Source of the DNA: Epithemia pelagica
Lineage: Eukaryota > Protista > Bacillariophyta
NCBI GenBank assembly: GCA_946965045.2
Contig: OX337240.1
Coordinates: 3,162,001 to 3,226,000 of the forward strand
Direction: 5' to 3'
Length of the DNA: 64,000 bases
The translations under genes were made by a program, and so were the position numbers. Below are positions 11,606 to 23,486 of the stretch, in pieces. Below the pieces are notes generated by a model, which was not told where the DNA came from, did no database searches, and saw only the letters and a program-made list of their open reading frames with translations. Position 1 is the first letter of the stretch; every line of letters starts with the position of its first letter.

Positions 11606-14197
11606 TCAGGTTTCTACTGCACCAGATCCTTGCGTTTCTCTCCAGAGACGTGAGATGAAGCCATGATCTTGGTCGAAGGCGGATCGGTGACACTTGATTG
11701 CTTTTGACATCTTTTCAATTTCGGCATACGAGAGGCCCGCAGCTGCATAGTCTCTGTTGTTGGAATTTTGATCGTATAACAAGTACGCGAGCATATAGCG
11801 ACGTGCCTTTGCTGACATTTTCCGCATGATTTCGGGTGTTGTTTTCTTCAGGCTCGCTGTCAAACATCGTAAAAAGGCAGCTTTGTCTTTCTTCTCATTC
11901 AGTGAGAAAGCACGAAAGACTTTTTTTGAGTAACCCCAGCCATACTCGATCCCCTCACCGGCCATTTCACAGTGATACTTGGTCGATACGAGAATCTCGA
12001 TCCTGCAACGATGTCGTTCAGACAAGTCTTCCGCCAGCTTCTCCATTGCAGATTTTTTGTTCTTGAAATCGGAGCATTCGCTCATCAGATGAACCATAGA
12101 GTACTTTTTGTAGTCCGCCTGATAGGCTTCTTTCACAGTCTTCTTATCCGCTTCCAACCATGCATCTCTGGTTGTCTTGACGTACTTGATCATGTTGTTA
12201 GGGTCTATCCACCCCCGCTCCCATAACACTTGAAAGAGCCCTTTTGCAGCATTCATCCAGCCTTCCTCGATCACGTCATCTTCAATCACCGTTGCAATGT
12301 TGGAGCGTTTACAAAGGTCCTGTAGTTCACCAGCATTTTTCGATTGAAATGAACGTTGCATTCCAGGTCCCATGACCCGGACAAGTTTTGCCATGAGCTC
12401 CTTCTTTGTGAGGTTGCGCTTTTTCTTTCTACCAGTTCGGTGTGTATTCTTCGATGCGACACGCTGCGCGTCATTGAGACGATGGCCTTTTTTAGCAACT
12501 GGACCACGATCGTTCTCCTGATAGACGAGGTGTTGTACGTCACCAACTCGTAGTTTGTCGTCATGGTTGTACGGGCCAAGGCAAGCTTGATCAATAATTT
12601 GTGTGTCCCGCATGCTGGGAACAGCTCCTCCCCAGTCGTTATTCATGTTCAGAGCATTTAACCCATCGGATTGTTGTTTTCCATGACCACTGCTTTGGTC
12701 GAACAAAAAGACAAAGTCATGGGCGGGGAACATGACCACGAGGCAATCGACAATATCCTCCAACTGCAAGGCCATGTATTCATAATTCCAATATCCCTCT
12801 TTATCTGCTCCGTATTCAAAAAAGCGAGTGAACGGTTGGGCATTGGTAATTGGAGTCTTGGCAGTGTGACCATTGAGGTTCACTGCAGCCTCGGTAGAGA
12901 CGTATTTGTTGTGTGTCGCATGTAGACGGAGTTCATTAATCCGAAATAGACTCGCAGCAAGCAACGGGTTTCCGTTCATAAGGAAGCCCCATGATCGGCT
13001 TACAAAAGCGCTGATCATCATCCCATGTCCATCATCCTTTGGCAGCATTTTAGTTGCGCCATCTTTAGTGTAGCATGCCTTAGACGAGAAGGAAAACTGC
13101 TTGTAGATCGATTCGTCCTGGCCGATGAGGATGACAGGTTTGCGGTCGGAGGGAAACCTGTGTGACAAGTTTCCATTGTGAATTGTGTTTTCTGGTTTGA
13201 TGTACCGTTCAAATTCGCTTGGGAAGGCATCAACATGGTACTCCCGCATCTGCTTGCCTGTTGTTACATCAGTGTACTCAAATACAAAGCTGTTTGGCAA
13301 GAGCTTCTCCTTGCCCGCATTCCCTTCGTTTTCAAGTTTGATTGCATCCTCGGTAGGGAGCTGCACCCACCGATACGACAGCTCTTCCCACTTAAAGTAC
13401 TTCTTGACAAAAGCAGCTCTGTGGGCAACATTCTCAGCATTTTCGTGTCGATCAGTGAAGTATGTTTTCGTGTGTTCCTTGAACACGAGCCCTGCAGCAG
13501 CAATACATCGCCACGCTGTGCTTTGCGAAATGGTGGAAAGCTTCATCGATGCCAAGAAGGCCTCGTACGATACTGGCGTTGCATTCGTATCCATGCACTC
13601 TTGTACGATCATGGTATGCATATCCGGAAGCAATGTTGTCCTCAGGTACATTAGAGCAGACTCTGTTGTAAGAGTGCTCAGGTTTTCCTTTGCCCAGCAT
13701 TCAAACTTTACCTTTGCTTCAGGTATGTGAACGAATAAGACGGGCGATGGCTCTTTCCCAATATGAACGTGGTAGTTGGGATGAGGGAAACTGTCGTTTT
13801 CCCGAAAGTACCTGTGAAAACAAGCAATGGTCTTGGGATGTTTTTTTACTTTTTCACCATAAATCTGTTCCATTTTGCTAATGGCTTTGCTTATGCAGTT
13901 CAGCCATGTACGACCGTGTGGCATATCAAGCAACGCTATCTTATAAGAAAGTTGTAAATACGTTGCCTTGAGCAGTACCCTCTGTTGCTGTTCCTGGTTG
14001 AGGGGGAAGATGTCTCCCTTGTTAACCACATTCGGAAGTGCCTCCACGTTGGAAATGGCCCTTTCAAGGGTTTCTATCCATCGCTCAAGATTTCGTTTTG
14101 ACGATCCTGGAGAATCGCATTTGCCGGCAAAGAGCCTACGGTTCCTTGGCTCATCAAAATAGGCGCTTTCCATTTGTTGCGATAGACCTTGGATCAT
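11606..14197 (-). CDS. IS630/Tc1-like DDE transposase
   Basis: Motifs VILIGQDESIY, FVFLFDQSSGH, WERGWID and STKYHCEMAGEGIEYGWGYSKK; 863-aa uninterrupted ORF between the TIRs. Confidence 0.8.
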   Translation of the reverse strand: MIQGLSQQMESAYFDEPRNRRLFAGKCDSPGSSKRNLERWIETLERAISNVEALPNVVNKGDIFPLNQEQQQRVLLKATYLQLSYKIALLDMPHGRTWLNCISKAISKMEQIYGEKVKKHPKTIACFHRYFRENDSFPHPNYHVHIGKEPSPVLFVHIPEAKVKFECWAKENLSTLTTESALMYLRTTLLPDMHTMIVQECMDTNATPVSYEAFLASMKLSTISQSTAWRCIAAAGLVFKEHTKTYFTDRHENAENVAHRAAFVKKYFKWEELSYRWVQLPTEDAIKLENEGNAGKEKLLPNSFVFEYTDVTTGKQMREYHVDAFPSEFERYIKPENTIHNGNLSHRFPSDRKPVILIGQDESIYKQFSFSSKACYTKDGATKMLPKDDGHGMMISAFVSRSWGFLMNGNPLLAASLFRINELRLHATHNKYVSTEAAVNLNGHTAKTPITNAQPFTRFFEYGADKEGYWNYEYMALQLEDIVDCLVVMFPAHDFVFLFDQSSGHGKQQSDGLNALNMNNDWGGAVPSMRDTQIIDQACLGPYNHDDKLRVGDVQHLVYQENDRGPVAKKGHRLNDAQRVASKNTHRTGRKKKRNLTKKELMAKLVRVMGPGMQRSFQSKNAGELQDLCKRSNIATVIEDDVIEEGWMNAAKGLFQVLWERGWIDPNNMIKYVKTTRDAWLEADKKTVKEAYQADYKKYSMVHLMSECSDFKNKKSAMEKLAEDLSERHRCRIEILVSTKYHCEMAGEGIEYGWGYSKKVFRAFSLNEKKDKAAFLRCLTASLKKTTPEIMRKMSAKARRYMLAYLLYDQNSNNRDYAAAGLSYAEIEKMSKAIKCHRSAFDQDHGFISRLWRETQGSGAVET

Positions 14198-14949
14198 CTC
14201 ACTCTCGAAAACTGAAAACCAATCGGCAAACTCTGTGGATGGTCATGGCCGATTTCGTCTGTGGCCAATTCAGGATGTTGGATTGCTCCAACAAGCACCT
14301 GATTTGTGTTGTCGTGAGGTGGTGACGTTTGCATTTCGGTAGGGCTGTCTCCAATTTGTGGCGGTTGACCATGTTGCTGCGTTGCAGTGCTCTTGATTGC
14401 TGGTGGAGTTGAAGTGTTTCTTGCTTGCTTGGATGTATTTAGCGTGCCTTCACGCAACCCTGGTGACTCTTCGTTCCTTCGCTTCGTTGGCTTCGCTCGT
14501 CCCGACCGCCGAATCACATTCTCGGCTGCAGCCTCCAGCCATTCTTGATGATCGTCCAACATCACTGGCCCTGTTGTTGTGTCGGAGCTTACATAAAAGA
14601 ATGTGTATCTTTTCTTTTGGATTGTGACTTTGTGGCGGTACCAGCCAAACTTGTTTGATTCCGACACCTTAGTTTCGAAACAGAGTTTAAGAACAACATC
14701 TTTAGTCAAAACAAGATTCAGTCTGAATGGCGACAGTCCTGGCAGCCAAGTGTGCATGAAGTTCACAATCTGGGTGTCTTGGATCCACTTGTTGCAGAAC
14801 CCAAACGAGGATGGGGAGCATTGCGTCTTAAAGACGTCAAGAATCTCTTGTGCCGATAAACTTCGTTCCATCCGAGACTGTGTTGCGTGGGATGAGTCGG
14901 ATGATCGCGTCATTGAGTATGATGCCAACCCCGTACCTTGTTGCCCCAT
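14194..14949 (-). CDS. ORF directly upstream of the transposase, probably its N-terminal exon or a companion ORF
   Basis: 251 aa; its stop overlaps the transposase ATG (ATGA, 14194-14197); a ttttcag acceptor-like sequence lies nearby. Confidence 0.45.
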   Translation of the reverse strand: MGQQGTGLASYSMTRSSDSSHATQSRMERSLSAQEILDVFKTQCSPSSFGFCNKWIQDTQIVNFMHTWLPGLSPFRLNLVLTKDVVLKLCFETKVSESNKFGWYRHKVTIQKKRYTFFYVSSDTTTGPVMLDDHQEWLEAAAENVIRRSGRAKPTKRRNEESPGLREGTLNTSKQARNTSTPPAIKSTATQQHGQPPQIGDSPTEMQTSPPHDNTNQVLVGAIQHPELATDEIGHDHPQSLPIGFQFSRVR

Positions 14950-15221
14950 TGAGGGTGGTTCAAGTAAACCCTAAAGCGTCCGGATGCAGCTCAGCAACAA
15001 GGTACGCGGTTGGGATGGCCCTCCACCATGGTCGTTAGACAACAACCGTTTTTTCATCATTTTCGACGGAATTCTAGCGTTCGGAAGCTGTCACACATCA
15101 CGGTACGAATAAAAAATTTATTATTCAGACACTGGGTTGTCACGAGTCGGGCACTTTCATTCACTAGTCAGGCCAAACGCTATTGAGGATTATATTTTAT
15201 GGTACTAAATCTACGAGGGGT

Positions 15222-15261
15222 CTACGTCAGGAACATACTCCCTGAACTCAGCTTGTAGGAG
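15222..15261 (-). repeat. Right TIR of the ITm element
   Basis: Reverse complement is ctcctacaagctgagttcagggagtatgttcctgacgtag, 3 mismatches to the left TIR. Confidence 0.8.
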
Positions 15262-15641
15262 ATTCATGGCACCATCCATGACGAGACCACAAGTCATGGG
15301 TCCATCTCTTTTGTGCTCCGAATCTGGATGGTAGCACAGGCATCAGTGGTGGCAGCTCCCATGAAATGAGGACCTTTGATGGTCTCTCCGTCAACATGTC
15401 CAATGACCAGCAGGTCTCGTAGTAGTACTTGCAGCCACTGCAAACTCATTGAGAGTTTGACAACAAACAAACGTACAACCATCACCCGCACAACTCCCTT
15501 GTCTCTTTGCGGTACTTCTGCGCATCAAGCGTAATTTCGGATGGATCCTCACCATTCGAGAATGAAGTCACTATATCCATCCTTCTTGTTACAGTCGTAT
15601 GCATCTTACCGTAGATTGCCATCAGCTGGCACAGAGCGGCG

Positions 15642-16946
15642 TCAGGATGATTTGAATTCTTGTGTATGCAACTCCGATTCACCTTCTGAATCCGTGGTTG
15701 ATTCGTCATCAAACATACTGCCAGAAGCATGAAGATTAAGAACCAGCTGGAGTATATGTGGCATGTCTTTGCAACTCGTGGCCCATACCGAGAGGACCAC
15801 GCCATCTTCGTCTCGTTCTACTTTACCCTCTTCGTTACGTTCAAGTCGCGTCGTTGACAGGAGAGAAACTCCAAGGAAGTGTCGGAGGGATTCCCATGCT
15901 TGAAAAGCTTCTGGGAGTTCCTTTTCTACATGTCCAGGGTTTGAGGTGTGCCAAACGCAGAGGCAGTCAACAACAAAATCGCCAACCATTGTCGACAAAG
16001 CAGAATCAGGATATCGATCCACCTGAGGCATTCGCTCAAGAGTGAAATACCAGCGATCGGCATTGTCAAACAATTTGCACCGAAAGGCATCTGCATTTAT
16101 GGACACCATACCTTCTTCAAGATGACTCTGTAGGGATGCCAGGCGTGATACTGGAGCCCTGGGGCTGGTCAAGAAATTGGTATGGATAGCGCTGAATTGC
16201 TGTTTGAAATAATGATCCAAGGAATAACTTTTGTCCTTATTCCACTTCCAGACAGCAACAAGGACGCTTAGGGCCACAGCATCGCCAAATGGTTTGGACA
16301 TTCCGCCAAAAGTCAAGGGTGTGGGCATCTTCGCGACAACAGTCTCTGCAACGCGGAAAGCATACGTGAAATCGTCATTGTCACAGCAAAATAAAGCCGA
16401 GCAATTGTTAACTTTCGCAGTTCGTCCCCTTAGTTTTCGATTCCACCTTTTCTGCGGTTCACTTTCTGTCGTCGTTTCGTCATTGTTTACATAGAAACCG
16501 TCGAGAGCAGCCACAGCAAACTGGGCGTGGCAGATATCAAACACCGTAAGGGCGGACGCCTGAGAATACCCCAATTCCTGGAACAAAATCTCTCGTCCGT
16601 CACAATGTAGCTTTCCGCAATTTCCATGTGGATAACTTGCTCCTGTGATGATGCGTAATGCACATGGTGGAACATTCCAAATTTCTTGTACGCCCGTAGC
16701 TCGAGAACAGACTGCTTTAAAGTATTCATGATATCCCATCGGAAAGTACGGTCTATCATCACTCCTCTCATTGGCAAGTTCATTGGGGCTAACCTTGACG
16801 GCGTCGGGATCACGAATGATTGCAAGGTTCACCGTAAAGTCGACCTTCTCGGCGGGGATATTCAACGCAAACGGCGTCATCGCAATGCCATAGACGAAAT
16901 ATGTCAAGTGCACTCTCCAATCACGATCATCGCTGCAAGCACTCAT
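15642..16946 (-). CDS. Hypothetical protein, possibly continuing in further exons toward 15290
   Basis: 434-aa ORF with globular composition; no recognised motif. Confidence 0.5.
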   Translation of the reverse strand: MSACSDDRDWRVHLTYFVYGIAMTPFALNIPAEKVDFTVNLAIIRDPDAVKVSPNELANERSDDRPYFPMGYHEYFKAVCSRATGVQEIWNVPPCALRIITGASYPHGNCGKLHCDGREILFQELGYSQASALTVFDICHAQFAVAALDGFYVNNDETTTESEPQKRWNRKLRGRTAKVNNCSALFCCDNDDFTYAFRVAETVVAKMPTPLTFGGMSKPFGDAVALSVLVAVWKWNKDKSYSLDHYFKQQFSAIHTNFLTSPRAPVSRLASLQSHLEEGMVSINADAFRCKLFDNADRWYFTLERMPQVDRYPDSALSTMVGDFVVDCLCVWHTSNPGHVEKELPEAFQAWESLRHFLGVSLLSTTRLERNEEGKVERDEDGVVLSVWATSCKDMPHILQLVLNLHASGSMFDDESTTDSEGESELHTQEFKSS

Positions 16947-17289
16947 GTAGGAGGAAGAATGTGAAGGAGCTCCACCTGTTCGCTTGAGATATCACCTCTG
17001 TATGATGGCTGTGGCTTCACTTCGCTTGACGGTCCACTCTTGAGAAAAAAGGGAATAGTCTATTCTTCCAGCTCCGTTATAGGGTATACTCAATGTATAC
17101 TAAATTCACGATAACTTCGGATAAGGAGGCAACTTGAGGCAACCGAGGTGATCAAGCTCTTTGCAACAAGTTGGCTGTGTGTTGTACTAGTACGCAGAAG
17201 ACAATACGAGTTGCTTTGGACAACTTTCTTCTAATGTGAGCTTTTACCTAGAATGGCTGTGGTTGATTCCCTAAGTATTTTCCCCTTTT

Positions 17290-18810
17290 TTGGCATGTTT
17301 TAGTACAAGAACTCCCAACGAAGGTTGTACTTACACCTTCACTAAGCACCCGAGACGACTTCTCCCAGAGTTCAAGAAATTTCTCTCCTTCTTGCTCCAC
17401 AACAACAACAAGCTTCTACATTTCAAAACAGATCTTCCCTCTGTATTGGCTAAGTTGTGTTTGGAGACTGTGGAGTCGGTTCAACACCACACAACAGTGA
17501 TGACCTACTGCACTGGTCGGGTCCTTCGGCAACAAGAGAGTTCACAGCAATTCTCTCTATGCAGTCCATCATATATTGCAAGTATGATGGCATCAGTGCT
17601 TACCATACTGCGGGCCAGTATTTGTTCTCTAATATACTCCATGGGGACTGGTTACCACGAGAGGGCTATGACCTTGGTCGAGAAGGCCCAACAGTCCATC
17701 ACAACCAATTTTTTGGGTAGCATGATCCGCCGGATGCGGGAAAAAGAGATTTTGACTCCATCTAGCCGAAAAGTCTCTATTCAGGGAAATAAAGACATTT
17801 TGGTTGACAACTTCAGGTTTCCTTTCCCGAAGTGGTGCAAGGTTATCCCGACAATCTACGATGCATGCATGCAAGCCTTGTGCAAAGTCATTGTTGGGAA
17901 TCAATGGGTCTTTCTCCTGGACAGGAGATATGGTATGGAAGTGTCGTGGGACTCTGTTGGGAAGGTACAGATGACACTACATTCCGCATCCAGGAGTTAC
18001 ACCCATGGAGATATTGCACTCTGTCAAGACTACGATTCATACCATTTGGACATTGTTGCATCATACCTAGAACTGGCCTTCCACGGAACAGGCCTTGGCT
18101 CCATGAGGTACACTGAAGTTGAGAGGTGTTTATTTTCAGATACACGGTGGCATGGTTTGAGTTTCTATTACTACTCGCACTCGGACAAAAGCTTCACTGC
18201 GATGGACAATAAACACCGCAAATTGGTCGAGCATAAACTTTGTGAGTCATTGAGCCGGATTTATCTTGTCTTTCGGGTGGTTGGTCAATTGCGTGGTACT
18301 TCCCTTCGTCCTCTTGTCCCTGTTCGGAGTGGACGTGTCTTCATGATGTCGGATGCAGTGGCTGCTATCTATGGGTTGGAAGGTCGACCGGATTGTATCC
18401 AGATACGACATGTTTGGACATCGGTTTCCAATATCCTGTTCCCCGATGTTGATGAAACCAACATTCACAATCAACATACAATTCAGGCAGTGGCGGAGCA
18501 GTCAGGGCATAGCTACAAAACACATCGGGACCACTACAGCTCATCCAATATCAGTTCAAAAGAGGAGTTATTCAGCATATACCACCGAGCACTTGGGGAA
18601 AATTATGTTGGAAAGGAAAGTGGCATGCCTCGATGCCTGACTGAAGATCATATACTACAGACACTACAAAAGTTGTTTGGGCCAAGTGCCAGCTACCTCA
18701 GCAGAGAGCAAGAATCGATGATACTCTTTTCGTCAACTGAACGCAACAAACATGGTCATTTTGGTTTGCCGTGTGGGGGAGGAAAATCACTCTCCTGGAT
18801 TCTGCCCTAA
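17290..18810 (+). pseudogene. Internal fragment of the recombinase-helicase gene: complete YR-like domain to helicase Walker A, truncated at CCCTAA
   Basis: LELAFHGTGLGSMRYTEV (Arg), HSDKSF (Lys), IQIRHVWTS (Arg), AEQSGHSYKTHRDHY (His, Tyr), then GLPCGGGKSLSWILP with the stop supplied by the junction TAA. Colinear with the 60228 ORF. Confidence 0.75.
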
Positions 18811-19296
18811 GGATATTTGCCTTTTTTGGGTGTCTTTAGTACTAGACACCGTAGGATTTGAACGTGTGCATATGAGCACAAGGGGCTATAGTATCTGTGC
18901 ATATGAGCACTGATATATATGCCTTTTGTTGCAAAAGAGCACTGCCCCTTGTGCAGATGAGCACAGAATGTCTATGCCCCGCTCAAGTCTAATTTCTAAG
19001 CACTCATATTCAATATGAGTCCTTAATTTCATTCATTACTAACCATTACCGCACTCTTAGTTGTTCCCCCATTCTTTGGCGCAAAAAGCTCGCCTGCGTG
19101 CCCCTTCGCGCCAAACATCTTCACCTGAAAACCTCAATAGGCCCAACATCTTCACTTGAAAACCTCAATTGGCCCAACAAAAGGTCATTGTTGTTTCATG
19201 AATTATGACTCTTGCAAAGAGTCCCATCCTTGCTTTTGCTTGAGAGTCGGCTGGTTATGTCTCTTCCTCTGTTCCATGCACACGAGGAAACCAGCA
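18805..19296 (+). repeat. About 490-bp upstream (left) end of the helicase element, repeated near-identically at 20975, 22674 and 26098
   Basis: Near-identical taaggatatttgccttttttggg...gtgcatatgagcac...cacctgaaaacctcaat(a/t)ggccc...ccagcaATG in four copies; diverged homologues at 17269, 21505, 21936 and 25027. Confidence 0.9.
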
Positions 19297-19680
19297 ATGG
19301 CTACCAACAATGGGCCTGGAACGCCATCTCCATCCCGGAGACGGCCTGTGAAGAAGATCCGTTCCGATCTGGGCATTGGCTTGTCATGTTTAGATGCTAC
19401 AATTGTGACACCCTTTGGTATGGGATGCGGCATATGCAAGAAATCATTCGGAGAAAGTCTTTGGTCCATGCAGCGGCATCTAAATCAACATGGAGTCTAT
19501 GTCTCAGCAACTGACAACCGACTCCTTGTCGCAAGAAAACAGTCCCTTGAGCAAATTTTGCAAGAAGACCCTCATACCGCAAAAAACTTCTTCACGGGGA
19601 GGTCTGTTCTTGGATATTCCTGCAGGTGTCTTGTTGGTTGGACAAGACTCAGCAATGTTATGCGTCATCTCTCCTCAAAA
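19297..19680 (+). pseudogene. 5' fragment of the recombinase-helicase gene (N-terminal C2H2-like fingers)
   Basis: MATNNGPGTPSPSRRRP...TPFGMGCGICKKSFGESLWSMQRHLNQH...YSCRC; matches TPCGLVCKLC...RH of the 60228 ORF. Confidence 0.7.
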
Positions 19681-19792
19681 TTTCCTGTGAATGACCTGCA
19701 TTGGGCCTTTTTGTCTTGAAGATTTCCTGTGAATGACCCTGCATTGGGCCTTTTTGTCGTGCCCATTTCGACCATCCAGCTGCAAACCGACA

Positions 19793-20977
19793 ATGGCAGC
19801 AAATCCTACTGCTGATCCTAAGTTGGAGCTGTTTGATCCCTTAAGTGGGAAGGCCTTTCGGGGTCATCATGGTCTCCATGTTTCCCACTATGGTGTTTTC
19901 TGTGTGGAGTGTCGAATGTCTGTGGCGAGCTCACCTTCATCCCTCCAACGCCACCTCAAGAAACATCCAAGCTGGGAGCTCATCATCTCCCTTCAAGATT
20001 TGAAGAATCTGTGTTCTAAGCACATTGAAGAATTAAAACACAATCAAGATATTACAATCAGCCACCTACGAATTCAAGATGGCTACAAGTGTTCTTGCGG
20101 CAATTTGTTCAAGGAACAAAGGTACCTGAAGAACCACTGTCGATACAACGGGGCATGCCAGTCATCAAGTGCTACAAAAATTAAGGCTGTTGTAACTGTT
20201 TGTTTCAGATTTGTTCATGTGGATTCGAGTCATCCTTCAGACGATTGGAATATCCATAATACAGAGACCATCCTTGAAGGGTTTGCTTCCCCACGTGGTG
20301 GTCTCAAGACATACTGCCAATTATTCCACGGACTGTGTTTGTCCCATCGAGAAGACTTTTTGAAAAAAATGACTGAGATGATAGGTTGGGCGAATCAAAA
20401 GAGCCAAACCAAGACCATGAACCTATGTTGTGTGCACTAGTGTCTGACTCTAGTGTTTGGTTGGAGTCTCATGTCAGACTCCATTTCAGTCGAACACCTG
20501 GGAATTTCCGAGCAGGGTTGATGGTCTTTGATGGTTCGGATGTTGACGAGGTTAGCCAAAACACAACATTTGTGTTCAGAGAGAACAATGATGTGGTTGG
20601 GAGGGAACTCAAGAAATTGTTGTGTTTTCTCTTTCGGCAAGACATCAACAACAAGTGGCATGACCGGATTCATGGCGAAAAGGAAAAGAAGAAAGAGTCT
20701 GTTCATGAAATTTTGTAGGGCCTGTTGTTGGATACTATGTCGAATGTCATGGATGATGCGATGGTTGTTGTTTACTGTCTGAGTCGGATGCTCAGAATAC
20801 ATCAAGATAAGGGACTGAAGTTTGTTTCACCTGGGTATTCAGCCAGTATTTGCTCAGATGTTCTTTGCTTGTTGCGAGGGGCAGTGTGTTCGGCTATTGC
20901 GGACTTTGTCGACAATGTCATTCCGCAGGCCACAGCATTGGTGAAACAAGTCCGACAAAGTTCTGTACTACATACCC
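19793..20977 (+). pseudogene. Divergent 5' half of the recombinase-helicase gene with a frameshift (about 20420) and a stop (20716-20718), cut at CCCTAA
   Basis: YGVFCVECR...LQRHLKKH, YKCSCGNLF..H; RELKKLLCFL and SPGYSASICSDVLCLLRGAVCS align by eye with the 17290 and 60228 ORFs. Confidence 0.7.
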
Positions 20978-23166
20978 TAAGGATATTTGCCTTTTTTGGG
21001 TGTCTTTAGTACTAGGCACCATAAGATTTGAACGTGTGCATATGAGCACAAGGGGCTATAGTATCTGTGCATATGAGCACTGATATATATGCCTTTTGTT
21101 GCAAAAGAGCACTGCCCCTTGTGCAGATGAGCACAGAATGTCTATGCCCCGCTCAAGTCTAATTTCTAAGCACTCATATTCAATATGAGTCCTTAATTTC
21201 ATTCATTACTAACCATTACCGCACTCTTAGTTGTTCCCCCATTCTTTTGGCGCGAAAAGCTCGCCTGCGTGCCCCTTCGCGCCAAACATCTTCACCTGAA
21301 AACCTCAATAGGCCCAATATCTTCACCTGAAAACCTCAATTGGCCCAACAAAAGGTCATTGTTGTTTCATGAATTATGACTCTTGCAAAGAGTCCCATCC
21401 TTGCTTTTGCTTGAGAGTCGGCTGGTTATGTCTCTTCCTCTGTTCCATGCACACGAGGAAACCAGCAATGGCTACCAATAATGGGCCTGGAACGCCATCT
21501 CCATCCCTAAGGATAATGCACTTTTTTTTGCTGACTTGTACAAGGACCCGTAGAAATCTACTGTTGCATATGAGCAACAATTTCCACAGTAGATTGTTGC
21601 ATATGAGCATTTTGTTGCGGATGAGCAGCCATTTTGTTAAGTATTGTTGCGGATGAGCAGATAGCTTGCCTGTGCCCCCCCCCTAGATTTAGTTCCTAGC
21701 ACTCATATTGAATATGGCTACTTGTTTTCTTTGACTACTAGCCATTACCGCACTCTTAGTTGTTTCCCATTCGTCTGGCAGGAAAAGCTCACCGGTGTGA
21801 CCCTTCGCGCCAAAAATCATTCGGAAGTAAAGGTCATTCACCTGAAAATCTCAATAGGCCCAACAAAAAATGACCATTCGTTGGTGTGTAAATCAGACCC
21901 AATGCAATTCTGCAAAGAGTCATTAGTAACAACGACCCTAAGGAAATTTAGGTCTAGATTCTAGTTTTTGTACCAGAGCCCGTAGCTTTCTACAGGTTGC
22001 ACTTGAGCTGCATATTTTGCACATGAGCTCCCATAGGTACAGCTAGGTATCATTACGAGCTGTTGGACTCCCAACCCACGCGCGAGCCTAGCCTTTGGCC
22101 AATCTCCACCGTCTCAGAAACCAAATTTTACTAAAGGGCTAAACTGTGGAAGTGTTTTTTATTAAATATAAGAACCCGAGCATCCAATTTTTCACCAAAA
22201 CCATCCGATCCAACTTAGGATGCCTTATCAACAGCAATGCTCAACCTGTCACTCTGATGTAACTATCCAATCTGTTAGAGTAATAACAATTCTACTGCAC
22301 TGTATAGTTACATCAGCACCAGCGCACCTCCAACGATGCTCATTTTCGCTCCCAAAACTGGCCTTCACGCTCGCAGCAAAATATGAGGACGAACCTCCAC
22401 AGTCAGTCGGCCTACTCGATCGCCCACCCCACCCAACATTTATTTCTATACATACTTGAATACAGCATTTCCCACGAGTCGCAGGTCAATCGTTGTTCAT
22501 TCACTAATTTCAATTGGGAAACCTCGTTTGGGCCTCTCTTCCGAAAGGAGCATCCGATGACCCCAACTTGTCGAAATTGACGATGTATCATGGATTGCTC
22601 CTCCATCTCACCACATAACACGTAATCCCCTTGCTGAAGCAATCTTTGTATACAGACCGACCCGTTGGCAAGTCCTTAAGGATATTTGCCTTTTTTGGGT
22701 GTCTTTAGTACTAGGCACCGTAAGATTTGAACGTGTGCATATGAGCACAAGGGGCTATAGTATCTGTGCATATGAGCACTGATATGTATGCCTTTTGTTG
22801 CAAAAGAGCACTGCCCCTTGTGCAGATGAGCACAGAATGTCTATGCCCCGCTCAAGTCTAATTCCTAAGCACTCATATTCAATATGAGTCCTTAATTTCA
22901 TTCATTACTAACCATTACCGCACTCTTAGTTGTTCCCCCATTCTTTTGGTGCGAAAAGCTCGCCTGCGTGCCCCTTCGCGCCAAACATCTTCACCTGAAA
23001 ACCTCAATAGGCCTAACATCTTCACCTGAAAACCTCAATTGGCCCAACAAAAGGTCATTGTTGTTTCATGAATTATGACTCTTGCAAAGAGTCCCATCCT
23101 TGCTTTTGCTTGAGAGTCGGCTGGTTATGTCTCTTCCTCTGTTCCATGCACACGAGGAAACCAGCA

Positions 23167-23442
23167 ATGGCTACCAACAATGGGCCTGGAACGCCATCTC
23201 CATCCTGGAGACGGCCTGTGAAGAAGATCCGTTCCGATCAGGGCATTGGCTTGTCATGTTTAGATGCTACAATTGTGACACCCTTTGGTATGGGATGCGG
23301 CATATGCAAGAAATCATTCGGAGAAAGTCTCTGGTCCATGCAGCGGCATCTAAATCAACATGGAGTCTATGTCTCAGCAACTGACAACCGACTCCTTGTT
23401 GCAAGAAAACAGTCCCTTGAGCAAATTTTGCAAGAAGACCCT
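23167..23442 (+). pseudogene. 5' fragment of the recombinase-helicase gene; related fragments at 21468-21507 and 26557-26827
   Basis: Near-identical to 19297 onward; ends at GAAGACCCT|AAGG. Confidence 0.75.
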
Positions 23443-23486
23443 AAGGAGAAAGTGCTCGTCTGTAGGCCCTCGTAGACTCTGTACTG

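Larger units (their letters stand above)
5559..15261 (-). mobile_element. IS630/Tc1/mariner (ITm)-type DNA transposon, about 9.7 kb, with cargo genes
   Basis: 40-bp inverted repeats at 5559-5598 and 15222-15261 (37/40 identical) enclose a DDE transposase ORF. TA precedes the left TIR (5557-5558); the right flank is AT rather than TA. Confidence 0.7.

Noticed and set aside
18805-18815. PIF/Harbinger reading of the junctions (TAA TSD followed by GG)
   Set aside because: No Harbinger transposase, no matching right-hand TSD, and empty sites share CCC(TA) rather than TAA.
22412-22642. Possible C-terminal helicase fragment on the minus strand
   Set aside because: Position fits but similarity to other C-termini is too weak by eye to annotate.
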